From positions 42-64,041 of the forward strand of contig CAZINI010000010.1 in assembly GCA_964540575.1 (NCBI GenBank): 64,000 nt of DNA, written 5' to 3'. Source of the stretch: an uncultured Ruminococcus sp. (GTDB lineage Bacteria > Bacillota > Clostridia > Oscillospirales > Ruminococcaceae). Both the position numbers and the translations under genes were made by a program. Positions 26,746-36,108 of the stretch are shown here, piece by piece; positions within the stretch are counted from its first letter, which is position 1; each line of letters opens with the position of its first letter. The notes beneath the pieces were generated by a model, which worked only from the letters and a program-made list of their open reading frames with translations, was not told the origin of the DNA and searched no databases.

Positions 26746-27021
26746 ATGTCAGAAACACCGGAAGAAAAGCTCAAAGTGCTGCAAGCTTTTATGAATGCAA
26801 AGGCTGATTACGCTGCTCAGGAAGAGGAACGCAAACGGAGAAGGTCGGAGAATTTCAGGAAGGCAAGAGAGGAGCGGCAGAGAGAAGAAGCCCGTAAGGC
26901 AGCCGAGGAAGAATACCGCAGAACACACCCGTTGACCGAGGAAGAACGTGAGGAACGCCGACGGCAATACAAGGAGCTTCTTAAGTCGGTCAGCGGAAAG
27001 AATAAGAAAGGAGAAAACTGA
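26746..27021 (+). CDS. highly charged coiled-coil protein
   Basis: 91-aa ORF behind AGGAGG. E/R/K-rich. Confidence 0.5.
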   Translation: MSETPEEKLKVLQAFMNAKADYAAQEEERKRRRSENFRKAREERQREEARKAAEEEYRRTHPLTEEEREERRRQYKELLKSVSGKNKKGEN

Positions 27022-27022
27022 T

Positions 27023-27427
27023 ATGTTAAGAATTTCTGATGAAGCTTATGAGAGAGTAAGCGATATTATGGAGGATATTGGCTATTGCTGTGATACCGAG
27101 GACGATTATAACGAGTGGGAGGATATTGCAGCTTCTTCCATCGGCAGTTTTATGGACGACCTTGACACGGAACAGTTCAAGATGACCTGTGAAGCTCTGA
27201 GGGAATACGTTGAGGATAAGTGCTATGCCGACAAGAATATGGCTATGGGCGTTAAGACGGCATTTGAGCGTTATCTCAGAGAACGTATTGACTATCTGGA
27301 CGGTTATGTTATCCCCAATGTAAATATGCAACTTGGCGATGACGAGGATTTTGAGGATACAAACACGGCAAGCTACAGAAAAGCTGTTGAAAAGCAGCTG
27401 GAGATAACACAGAATATGGATATGTGA
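27023..27427 (+). CDS. strongly acidic hypothetical protein
   Basis: 134-aa ORF behind AAAGGAGAA. D/E-rich, with a composition like DNA-mimic anti-restriction proteins, but no ArdA motif recognised. Confidence 0.5.
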   Translation: MLRISDEAYERVSDIMEDIGYCCDTEDDYNEWEDIAASSIGSFMDDLDTEQFKMTCEALREYVEDKCYADKNMAMGVKTAFERYLRERIDYLDGYVIPNVNMQLGDDEDFEDTNTASYRKAVEKQLEITQNMDM

Positions 27428-27455
27428 GCTGATTGAATGAAGGGAGATAATTAAA

Positions 27456-28257
27456 ATGTCAAAAATAATCGCAATAGCAAATCAGAAGGGCGGAGTAGGA
27501 AAGACAACCACCGCCGTAAATCTCGGCACAGCTCTGGAGCTTTCCGGCAGCAAGGTTCTGCTTATCGACCTTGACCCGCAGGCGAATATGTCTGCATATC
27601 TCGGATACGAGGACGATGGGAAGGCTACTATGAGCGACCTTGTAATGACCACAGCAAATAATTTTACTATGGGTGCTCAGAAGCGGACTATGCCCGCTAT
27701 GGACGAATGTATCCGTTACAGCGAAACAAACAAGGTGCATTTTATCCCATCGGACATAGGGCTTGCATATGCAGATGCTTGTATGATGCAGGCAGCAACA
27801 CGGGAGAGTGTACTGAAATTCATCCTGTCAGACAAGGCTGTGCAGGAATATGATTATATAATCATCGATTGTCTGCCATCTCTCGGAATACTGCTCATCA
27901 ATGCCCTAACTGCCGCAGACGGCGTTATCATTCCCGTTCAAACGCAGAAGTTTGCTCTTGACGGATTGGATATGCTCAGTGAGATATATTCACAGGTCAA
28001 GAATACAATAAACAGCAGGATTGATATTGTGGGTGTGCTCGCTACAATGGCGGATAATACAAATATCAGCAGGACAGTCATTGAAAAGCTCACTGACCGT
28101 TACGGCGAGAAAATGTTCGGGACATGCATACATACATAAGTCGGTGGAAGCTGCCAACAGCTCGGAGCGTATGAAATCGCTGTGCCTTAATAAGACAAAG
28201 CTGGGAGAGGAATACAAGGCTCTTGCCGCAGAGGTTAGCAAACGAATGAAGAAATAA
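27456..28257 (+). pseudogene. parA: ParA/Soj-family partition ATPase interrupted by a 1-nt frameshift
   Basis: Deviant Walker A (IANQKGGVGKTTTAVNLG) and DLDPQ. The frame ends FGTCIHT* at 28139, while the missing conserved C-terminus (KSVEAANSSERMKSL...YKALAAEV) continues in the +1 frame to 28257. Deleting one base near 28137 restores a normal ParA. Confidence 0.75.
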
Positions 28258-28274
28258 TTCCCCGGTGGGGAATT
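28256..28274. repeat. palindrome copy P7 (AATTCCCC-GGT-GGGGAATT)
   Basis: Read directly. Overlaps the stop of the parA C-terminal frame, with a 17-nt gap to ATG 28292. Confidence 0.95.
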
Positions 28275-28291
28275 CAAATGGAGGAAAAACA

Positions 28292-29257
28292 ATGAATTTC
28301 GATATAAACAGTATGCTCTCTGCTGCTCCGGCAGCATCGGGAACAACGGCGGTACAGGAACTTCCCGTTGATATGCTTGTACCTTACGGCAGTCACCCGT
28401 TTACGCTTTACACAGGCGAACGTCTGGACGATATGGTGCAGAGCGTCAAGCAGAACGGCATCCTTACGCCTATTCTCGTCCGTGAGCTGGACGGCAGATA
28501 TGAGATTTTGGCGGGACACAACCGTACAAATGCTGCCAAGCTTGCAGGGCTTACAACTGTCCCTGCTATCGTGAAATCAAATCTCAGCGATGAAGAAGCC
28601 GATATGTATGTTATTGAAACCAATCTTATGCAGAGAGGTCTTAAAGAACTGAAAATATCCGAACAGGCAGCGGTAGTTGCTCTCCGTCATTCCAAAATGT
28701 TCGACGAGGATAAGCTTAATGCGATCCGTGAGGAGTTGTCCTCCATTGAAATGGGTACGGAAGAAGTCAAGCAGGACAGCAAGCTTGCAAGGGTAGGTGA
28801 GGAGTATGGGCTGTCGAAGAATACCATAGCACGGCTTATCCGTGTGAATAAGCTACTCACCGCCTGCGATAAATACCGAACAGCGGTAGACACAACGAAG
28901 TTGTCTGTCAGAGCAGCAGTTGAACTGTCATATATCCCATCATCTGCACTTGAAGTGATATTTGAGAGATATAAGGACAGTATTGTCGTTGATGATCTCT
29001 GGGTTGACTCGGTAAAGATCGACCTGAAGCTTGCAGAGCAGCTGAGAGAGCTTTTCAAGAATTTCAGCGGTGGAAAAATGTCTGCGGAGCTTGTCCTTGA
29101 TACTATGCAGAAATGCAGTGCACCGAGAAAGCCCAAAGCCAGAAAACTCAATTCCGATATTTACAGCAAATATTTCGATGAAGATGAAAGCGATGATTAT
29201 GTCAATAGCATAATCGATGAAGCTCTTAAACTGTATTTTCAGAACGAAAAAGATTAA
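28292..29257 (+). CDS. parB: ParB N-terminal-domain (ParB/Srx) protein
   Basis: ILTPILVRELDGRYEILAGHNRTNAAKLAGLTTVPAIV is the ParB-N fold, with GHNR in place of the GERR box. ATG 28292 behind GGAGGAAAA is preferred to the GTG at 28265, which lies inside the palindrome. Confidence 0.7.
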   Translation: MNFDINSMLSAAPAASGTTAVQELPVDMLVPYGSHPFTLYTGERLDDMVQSVKQNGILTPILVRELDGRYEILAGHNRTNAAKLAGLTTVPAIVKSNLSDEEADMYVIETNLMQRGLKELKISEQAAVVALRHSKMFDEDKLNAIREELSSIEMGTEEVKQDSKLARVGEEYGLSKNTIARLIRVNKLLTACDKYRTAVDTTKLSVRAAVELSYIPSSALEVIFERYKDSIVVDDLWVDSVKIDLKLAEQLRELFKNFSGGKMSAELVLDTMQKCSAPRKPKARKLNSDIYSKYFDEDESDDYVNSIIDEALKLYFQNEKD

Positions 29258-29270
29258 TTCCAATAAATAA

Positions 29271-29299
29271 TTGACATTTTCGTACTTATATGATATAAT
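29271..29299 (+). promoter_or_regulatory. consensus sigma-A promoter
   Basis: TTGACA (29271-29276), 17 nt, TATAAT (29294-29299). Confidence 0.6.
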
Positions 29300-29332
29300 T
29301 ATGTCAAATTCAAAGTGAAAGGACTTGAAAAG

Positions 29333-30526
29333 ATGAAAATTCAAAAGATTTTAGCTCTTGTTTCGGCAGCGGGACTCTGCATAGCAATGACTTCCTGCGG
29401 CAAAAAAATCGTAAGCTATACCTGCGATGACTATATTGACGTTGAGGTAAGCGGCGTAAGCGGCAAGGCAACGGCTAGTGTTCGGTTTGACCGAGAGCTT
29501 ATCGATAAGGTAAATATGGACGTGTTTCAAGGCAAGGCTGACGATATGCAGCTGGCACAGATTGAAGTTTATCTTAACTCTGCTGTGGATTATGATGTTG
29601 TCGGAGAAAAGGAGAAGCTTTCCAACGGAGATGTTATCAAGGTCGTTCTTTCGCCCGACAATGAACGTCTAAAGGACATTGGGATAAGCTTTTCCGAAAC
29701 AGAGTACACCTATACAGTAAGCGGACTTACCGAGCCTGTTACTCTGGATCTGTTCAAGGACGTTGAGGTTACATTTGAAGGTATTTCTCCTCATTTGAAA
29801 CCAATTGTAGAATATACCGGTTCAGATGAGTTCATCAAGGATAATGTTTCATACAGTACAGATGCGTATGGATACAAAAATGGTGATACTCTCAAATTGA
29901 AAGCACGATATAATAAGCGTACATTCGATGAAAACAATTATATTGCCGCTGCTGATGAAAAAGAAATGCCTGTTGAGGGTAATCGTGAATATGCCCCTGC
30001 CGATTCGGATTTTGCGGAAGTAAGGAAATATCTTGATGATTATGCACACGGTCTGATGGAGAAGTCGGACAATCCATATGTGGTAGGCTATGAAAAGGAC
30101 GCAAGGGCATTTCTTAAAGACGGATCTGCTTTTGAAAAGTGGAAGGTCACAAAATCAGAAATAACTCCGTTGAAGGCTGTTGTGTATAATTCAAAGCTCG
30201 GTGTTATTTACGGCGATGAAGCTGGTTGTTCATACAATCTTTTCTGGAAAATCAGTATGGAAATTGAGAAAACCGGTACCAGTCTTGGATATAGCGATAC
30301 CGGATATGAAGTCGGGGATAAGGAAACGTCCGAAATATATTTCTGTACATATGTTAAAGAAATAATCCGTGAACCTGACGGTACACTTACTTTCGATGAA
30401 AAAGATGTAGGTATAATAACCTATTCCACCAGCTTCTGGCATAATTATGTAGGCTGCGACCTTGACGAGGTAGTAGCGGCTAGAGATAAAGATATGAACA
30501 ATTATGTAAAGACTGATTTGGGATAA
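29333..30526 (+). CDS. lipoprotein, unknown function
   Basis: Signal peptide with a lipobox (LCIAMTSCGKK). Confidence 0.7.
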   Translation: MKIQKILALVSAAGLCIAMTSCGKKIVSYTCDDYIDVEVSGVSGKATASVRFDRELIDKVNMDVFQGKADDMQLAQIEVYLNSAVDYDVVGEKEKLSNGDVIKVVLSPDNERLKDIGISFSETEYTYTVSGLTEPVTLDLFKDVEVTFEGISPHLKPIVEYTGSDEFIKDNVSYSTDAYGYKNGDTLKLKARYNKRTFDENNYIAAADEKEMPVEGNREYAPADSDFAEVRKYLDDYAHGLMEKSDNPYVVGYEKDARAFLKDGSAFEKWKVTKSEITPLKAVVYNSKLGVIYGDEAGCSYNLFWKISMEIEKTGTSLGYSDTGYEVGDKETSEIYFCTYVKEIIREPDGTLTFDEKDVGIITYSTSFWHNYVGCDLDEVVAARDKDMNNYVKTDLG

Positions 30527-30551
30527 AATCCTAATGATAACAGAATAGTTT

Positions 30552-30590
30552 AAAGCCCCCAGAGTTTTCAGCTCCGGGGGCTTTTTGTTT
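30552..30590 (+). terminator. rho-independent terminator
   Basis: AAAGCCCCC ... GGGGGCTTT stem followed by TTGTTTT. Confidence 0.8.
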
Positions 30591-30730
30591 TACAGGTAAT
30601 GCTTTTTGCGGCATTAGTGTTTGATTATTTATCTCTGTAGTGTGAACTGCAATCATTATATATAATTCTTTTCAAAAAGTTAAGGTTTTATTAAAAAATG
30701 AACACGAAATGAATTTGAGTGTCGTTTTTA

Positions 30731-30785
30731 GTAACATTCAGATACATTCAGATACATTCAGTAACATTCAGTAACATTCAGATAT
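30731..30785 (+). repeat. 10-bp tandem repeat array (5.5 units)
   Basis: GTAACATTCA GATACATTCA GATACATTCA GTAACATTCA GTAACATTCA GATAT. Exact helical-turn periodicity, about 40-100 bp upstream of the T4SS operon -10 element. Confidence 0.9.
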
Positions 30786-30798
30786 ACCTAGCCGAAAT

Positions 30799-30834
30799 TT
30801 GACGAATTTTAGCATAAATCGAATATGGTATAAT
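30799..30834 (+). promoter_or_regulatory. candidate extended -10 promoter of the T4SS operon
   Basis: TGGTATAAT (30826-30834). The TTGACG at 30799-30804 is too far away (24 nt) for a standard -35. Confidence 0.35.
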
Positions 30835-30863
30835 ATAGTTATCAAATATAAGGAGCGGATAAC

Positions 30864-31724
30864 TTGAAAATGCGTATATTATTGCCTGCATTAGCAGCTG
30901 TGTTAATGTCTGGATGTTTGGCTCAGAACAGTTACGAGAGTGAGCTATCACAGGAAGAAAAGGAGTTGAATGCAGTCAGCAAATGGTTCGAAAGTATGAC
31001 CGATGAAGAAGAATTTTCCGATACAAAGGAATATCAGTATTATGCAAGAACGCTGGGACTTGAAAAGGACGCATTTCTCACGGCGGATATGTGGGAAGTC
31101 TTTTACAGTCCCGAAATAAATATCAATCGGGATATTGATGAGAAAGCATACTATCTCATACGTCTTGATCCGAAAAAGCTTATTGATATTTATGCGGCGA
31201 ATAACGAATGCACGGCAGATGAAATATGCAAGCGTTTGTCCCTTACTGCCGACCAGATCTACTATAATTTTGGATATACGGTATCTTCGTCGGATTATGC
31301 GAATAATCACGAGGACGGGAAAGCAACTTATTCACAGACAGAAGCGGAAATTTTCGGAGCTGATAACGGCGAGGATAGAAAGGTAGTTATGAGTACTCAT
31401 CTCCTGACTGTTGATATTTCAGACGGGAATAGCGTTACATATTCCACCGAAGCAAAGGAACTGAAAATACGGCAAAGAGATATGCTTCGAAGCACCACAA
31501 AGGAAACATATGATTACAGCAGTTATACCGATGAAGAGAAAAATCCCGCCTTTAAGGTAAACGGAATAGGTATCCGGCGAGTGCTGCCGCTATCCGTACC
31601 CAATGCCTTTAATGGTGCAGCAGATACGGATATAACGGTAATGATAAATCAATCTCCTTTTTCATACGGCTGCACAGATGCAGATAAAATAATATTTAAG
31701 ACTGAAAGCGAGGTATCCGAATAA
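30864..31724 (+). CDS. lipoprotein, unknown function
   Basis: Signal peptide with a lipobox (AAVLMSGCLAQ). TTG 30864 is 8 nt after AAGGAG; ATG 30870 is the alternative. Confidence 0.65.
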   Translation: MKMRILLPALAAVLMSGCLAQNSYESELSQEEKELNAVSKWFESMTDEEEFSDTKEYQYYARTLGLEKDAFLTADMWEVFYSPEININRDIDEKAYYLIRLDPKKLIDIYAANNECTADEICKRLSLTADQIYYNFGYTVSSSDYANNHEDGKATYSQTEAEIFGADNGEDRKVVMSTHLLTVDISDGNSVTYSTEAKELKIRQRDMLRSTTKETYDYSSYTDEEKNPAFKVNGIGIRRVLPLSVPNAFNGAADTDITVMINQSPFSYGCTDADKIIFKTESEVSE

Positions 31725-33925
31725 TGATCGGTGAAGATGCAAGCAAGGCTACTCTGGATCTTATAATGAAATTACTTGATATTCTGAAATCATTTATTGA
31801 ACTGTTCAATAGAGGATCTTCAAAAAGTCAAGAACCCAAAAAGCCCAAAATAAAGGTAGGCAAGCTATCCAAAAAAGATTTTAAAAAGCTTATAAACGCC
31901 GGAACGAATTTCGGCTATCTGACCTTTCCGAAAGAAAAGCTTGCAGAGCTTGAAAAAGCAGTCAAGGAGCTGGGCGGTTCATTTTTCGCAACGAAGATGG
32001 AGAACGGAAATAATGCTGTGATAGCTGTCCCGCAGCAGTACGTTGACCTTGTGAACGCTGCAATGCAGCACGTTGTTGCCGACGTTATGAAATCAGACCC
32101 CAATGCACTTAAAATCAAGGGTGGTGCAGATAAAATTGACGAAGCCGATATGAAGCTTACTGCTGATATTCTCCGCAGTCACGATATTCCTGTATATTCT
32201 TTCAAATCAGCAGACGGGAAATATATGAATGTTGTCCCCGATGAGTTTGACGGGCAATATGAAGCTGCTATAAAAGAAGCAAAGGGAATATCCGAGCAGC
32301 TTAAAAATATCGAAATAACACGATATGAGCAGACCTCTCCGCTGGACAGCCTTGATGTGTTTGCCTGCAAAATGTCCCCCGAAGCGGCAAGAGCTTTGTA
32401 TGCAGCTGCCAAGTACAATAATCTTGACGTGCAGTTTGCAAAAGTAGGTGATGATATTGTTGCAAAGTATCCTGCGGCTATTGCAAAGGACGTTGCAAAG
32501 CTACAGCAGGAATATTCCGCAGGGCTTGAGGAAAGCGAGAAATATATCATAGACATTAAAGACAACACGATCACAATGGACAGAGATAAGCTGCTTATAA
32601 GCGAGGACGATGCAACGTATTTCGTGCGTGTACCAAATACGGCGGGACTTGATTATCTGCGGCTGGACAAATCGGACGTTGAGCTTGTAAACAACGGAAA
32701 AAGCTTGTCGGTAAAGCTGGATATGGATAAGAGCTATACGATATTTGACGAATCGGGACAAGTCAAATCAGAACGTATAGGAGCGGAGCTGGCAAAGTCA
32801 TACAACACCAAAAGTCTTAGGGCAAATAAAAATACTGTCGTAACAAAATACGGGGACGGGATAGAGCGTATAGACCTCTATAATTCAGAGAAGAACAGAC
32901 TTATCAGTCTAAGTATTGACAATGCGGACAAAATCCGCACCGAGCTGTTGGAGCAGGGCTTATCATTAAAGGCAGCAGAAATGCTGCTGAAAGAAATCAA
33001 TGGTATGCTGCCCGATAAATACAAGAGCATATTCAATTATTCAGCTGAGAAAACCGAGATAGTGTATGCGGATATTCCAAACATTGGAGAATATCTTGCA
33101 CAGGCACAATTATCACAGCAGCTCATCGGCAAGGCTGAATGCTATGGAGAGATACCAAAGGACAGCGGCAGCAAATGCTGTGTGTTTGACAAGTCGGAAA
33201 ACAAATTTACCGTACTGCCGATACTTCCGAAAGCAGAGATCACGGCAAAGCTTGCGGAGATGGGATACAGTGAGGTATCCGCAAAAGAAATTGCAGACCG
33301 TGTTGTGGGAAGCTATCGGGAAACGGATAATGTCAAGGACATTCAAATAAAAGAGGAGAAATCAATTACTCCGAAGTATTTTGAAACCAATAATCCCGAG
33401 CTTGCCAATATGATGTATCATCAATCAACATATGGAATGCTTATTGTGCAGGAAAGTGCCGAGCAGTATAAATATATGGATATTGACAAGGGTACGCCGA
33501 TGGCTGACGTGGAAAATGCACTGCTGAAAAACTTTGATATTAAAGATGAGCTTTCAGCGGCGGTCATTATGAAGCAGCTGGCAAAGGACGGTATTATTGA
33601 GCTGCCTGCTGCTCAGAGTATCAATGATGTTACTATAAGCCGTTTATCGTCAAATATGGTGGAAATTTCAAAGGGTGATAACTCCATTATTATGCCCAAG
33701 AACAGATTAGATGTGCAGAAGCTGGAGCAGATGGGGATTGATCCAAAGACCATAACTGCTATTGATAAATCTCTTAAAGCAGCGGAGAAATCTGCCGATA
33801 GCCCGGGAAAACAGACCTTGCAGCAGCTTAAAAGCTTTGCTTCGGAAGCTGTTAAGATCGGAAACGGTGTCAAGGATAAGGTTATGGATATTGCGGATAA
33901 GGTCAAATCGGGACAGGGCAGGTGA
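31724..33925 (+). CDS. PcfB-like (DUF3801) protein with a long C-terminal extension
   Basis: Residues about 45-125 (KLSKKDFKKLINAGTNFGYLTFPKEKLAELEKAVKELGGSFFATK...) resemble the PcfB/DUF3801 module that precedes T4CP genes. About 600 further aa are unassigned. Confidence 0.55.
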   Translation: MIGEDASKATLDLIMKLLDILKSFIELFNRGSSKSQEPKKPKIKVGKLSKKDFKKLINAGTNFGYLTFPKEKLAELEKAVKELGGSFFATKMENGNNAVIAVPQQYVDLVNAAMQHVVADVMKSDPNALKIKGGADKIDEADMKLTADILRSHDIPVYSFKSADGKYMNVVPDEFDGQYEAAIKEAKGISEQLKNIEITRYEQTSPLDSLDVFACKMSPEAARALYAAAKYNNLDVQFAKVGDDIVAKYPAAIAKDVAKLQQEYSAGLEESEKYIIDIKDNTITMDRDKLLISEDDATYFVRVPNTAGLDYLRLDKSDVELVNNGKSLSVKLDMDKSYTIFDESGQVKSERIGAELAKSYNTKSLRANKNTVVTKYGDGIERIDLYNSEKNRLISLSIDNADKIRTELLEQGLSLKAAEMLLKEINGMLPDKYKSIFNYSAEKTEIVYADIPNIGEYLAQAQLSQQLIGKAECYGEIPKDSGSKCCVFDKSENKFTVLPILPKAEITAKLAEMGYSEVSAKEIADRVVGSYRETDNVKDIQIKEEKSITPKYFETNNPELANMMYHQSTYGMLIVQESAEQYKYMDIDKGTPMADVENALLKNFDIKDELSAAVIMKQLAKDGIIELPAAQSINDVTISRLSSNMVEISKGDNSIIMPKNRLDVQKLEQMGIDPKTITAIDKSLKAAEKSADSPGKQTLQQLKSFASEAVKIGNGVKDKVMDIADKVKSGQGR

Positions 33926-33931
33926 ATTTGA

Positions 33932-36094
33932 ATGGCAAGCAATATGGGTGTGCCAAAGAAAAAAACCGATACCGAGCTTATTATTTTCATCTGTGCCGCC
34001 GTTATCATAGTTATACTCTGCACTTGGGCAGGCTATGTGCTTGAAATGACGGCATCTCCAAAACACGGAATACAGTGGCTGAAAGCACTTAACAGTCTGA
34101 GTGAATATGCTAATCCTGTATCGTTTATTAATGCTGTCAAGGCTGTATTTGTTGGAAACGGAATAACGGAAAAGGGCTTGCTTGTGGGATTTATGGGCGG
34201 TATGCTCCTGATACTGTACAAGCTTTCATCGGGCGGTAAACGTTATCACCGCAAAGGTTCCGAACACGGTTCTGCCCGATGGGGTAACAAGCAGGAAAAG
34301 GATATTATTGCAGATACAAACGATTTTTACAATAATGTCATAGCTGCTTCCGATGTTTTTCTTGTCCTCGATCGCAAAAAACGTGAGCAGAACGAAGCGG
34401 AAAAGGGCAAGCAGAAATCTAAGGGTAAAAAATCGGAAAAACCGACAGCAGCGGAGAAACAGGAAGAAATGCTGCCCGATATTCCCGAAGAAGCAGCTGA
34501 GGAGCAAGAAATTCCCGAAAATGAAAAGCTGACGCTGAAAAATGTTGCGGATATGAGAAAAGCGGCGGCAAAAATAAAGCCTATGCTTAATCTGAATATG
34601 ATAATCCTCGGCGGTTCGGGTACGGGTAAATCCCGTTTCTTCGTAAAACCCAATCTGCTCCAATGCAACACTTCCTTTGTTGTTACCGATCCATCGGGCG
34701 AGCTGGTACAATCCTGCGGAATGATGCTGCTGCGTAGGGGCTACAAAATTAAGGTATTCAACATCAATGATATGAAGCACTCGTCAAACTACAATCCGTT
34801 CCACTATTTGAGGGACAGCAACGGCGAGATAAACAGCAATAACGTCATAAAGATGATAAATGTTTTTATGATGAATACAAAAGTGGAGGGAGCTTCCGGC
34901 GGCGATCAGTTCTGGGACGATGCAACAAGGCTGTTGTTGTCGGCGTTATGTTTTCTTTTGGTAGAAACGGGTAAGGAGGAAGAGCAGAATTTTGCGAATG
35001 TACTCGACCTGATACATAAAGCAAAGGTCATAGAGGGCAAAGAGGAAGAAAAATCAGAGCTTGACCTTATGTTTGATAAACGAAAGGAAGCAGCTCCCAA
35101 AGCATTGTCGGTGCAGTATTATGAGGAATTTAAGCAGGCTGCGGGAAAAACAATGCAGTCTATCCTTATCAGCACCACCACAAAGCTTCAGCATTTTAAG
35201 CTGGAGGACGTGCGAAATCTGACTTACACGGACAATATCCATTTGGAAACTATGGGCGATGAAAAGACGGCGTTGTTTATCATAATACCGTCGACAGATA
35301 CAACGTACAATTTTCTTGCGGCGATGATGTACACACAGCTTTTCGATACGCTGTATGACAGGGCTATAACTTACTATCACGGCAGACTGCCCGTTCACGT
35401 CCGTTTTCTCCTTGATGAGTTTGCTAACGTCGGCAAGATACCCGAATTTGAAAAGATACTTGCCACTTGCCGAAAGTTTGAAATATCGGCGGTCGTAATT
35501 CTCCAAAATCTTTCACAGCTTAAGCGGCTTTATGAAAAATCTTGGGAAGAGCTGCCCGGTAACTGTGATACTATGATATATCTCGGAGGTAAAGACCAAT
35601 TTACCAATGAGTATCTATCAAAGGAACTTGGCAAGGAAACCATTGACCAGCAGAGTATAAATCAGACTAAGGGCAAACAGGGAAGCAGCTCATACAACAA
35701 CGCTATTCTCGGACGTGAGCTTGCCACCATTGACGAGCTTGCAACTATGGATAACAATGACTGCATTGTAATGGTGAGAGGATTGCACCCGTTTCTGACG
35801 GCGAAATTTGATATTACCAATCACCCTAGATACGATATGCTGGACGAAGCCGACAAAGCACATAACACATATTACCTTGAAGATAATATCAAAACGGATG
35901 AGGAAACAGAAATAATCGATTTTGCGGAGTTTTTCGGTGATGGTGATTATAATGATGATACCGAAGTAGTTGAGATAGGTCTTGTTACAAGTGATAATGA
36001 GCTTGTTACGCCGCTGCCCGACCTTATGGAGGATATTCCCGATGAGATAAGGGAGCAGCTTAAGGAGATCGTTGGAGTATATATGGCGGCATAA
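33932..36094 (+). CDS. virD4: type IV secretion coupling protein (VirD4/TraG family)
   Basis: N-terminal TM helices, Walker A (ILGGSGTGKSRF), Walker B (FLLDEFANVGKIP), acidic C-terminal tail. Confidence 0.9.
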   Translation: MASNMGVPKKKTDTELIIFICAAVIIVILCTWAGYVLEMTASPKHGIQWLKALNSLSEYANPVSFINAVKAVFVGNGITEKGLLVGFMGGMLLILYKLSSGGKRYHRKGSEHGSARWGNKQEKDIIADTNDFYNNVIAASDVFLVLDRKKREQNEAEKGKQKSKGKKSEKPTAAEKQEEMLPDIPEEAAEEQEIPENEKLTLKNVADMRKAAAKIKPMLNLNMIILGGSGTGKSRFFVKPNLLQCNTSFVVTDPSGELVQSCGMMLLRRGYKIKVFNINDMKHSSNYNPFHYLRDSNGEINSNNVIKMINVFMMNTKVEGASGGDQFWDDATRLLLSALCFLLVETGKEEEQNFANVLDLIHKAKVIEGKEEEKSELDLMFDKRKEAAPKALSVQYYEEFKQAAGKTMQSILISTTTKLQHFKLEDVRNLTYTDNIHLETMGDEKTALFIIIPSTDTTYNFLAAMMYTQLFDTLYDRAITYYHGRLPVHVRFLLDEFANVGKIPEFEKILATCRKFEISAVVILQNLSQLKRLYEKSWEELPGNCDTMIYLGGKDQFTNEYLSKELGKETIDQQSINQTKGKQGSSSYNNAILGRELATIDELATMDNNDCIVMVRGLHPFLTAKFDITNHPRYDMLDEADKAHNTYYLEDNIKTDEETEIIDFAEFFGDGDYNDDTEVVEIGLVTSDNELVTPLPDLMEDIPDEIREQLKEIVGVYMAA

Positions 36095-36108
36095 AAGGAG
36101 GTGTGTTT

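Noticed and set aside
28265-28291. Track start (GTG 28265) for the ParB-like gene and track start 50725 for the primase-like gene
   Set aside because: Both starts lie inside palindrome copies and lack an RBS. Downstream starts (ATG 28292, TTG 50785) have proper RBS spacing and match where homologous N-termini should begin.
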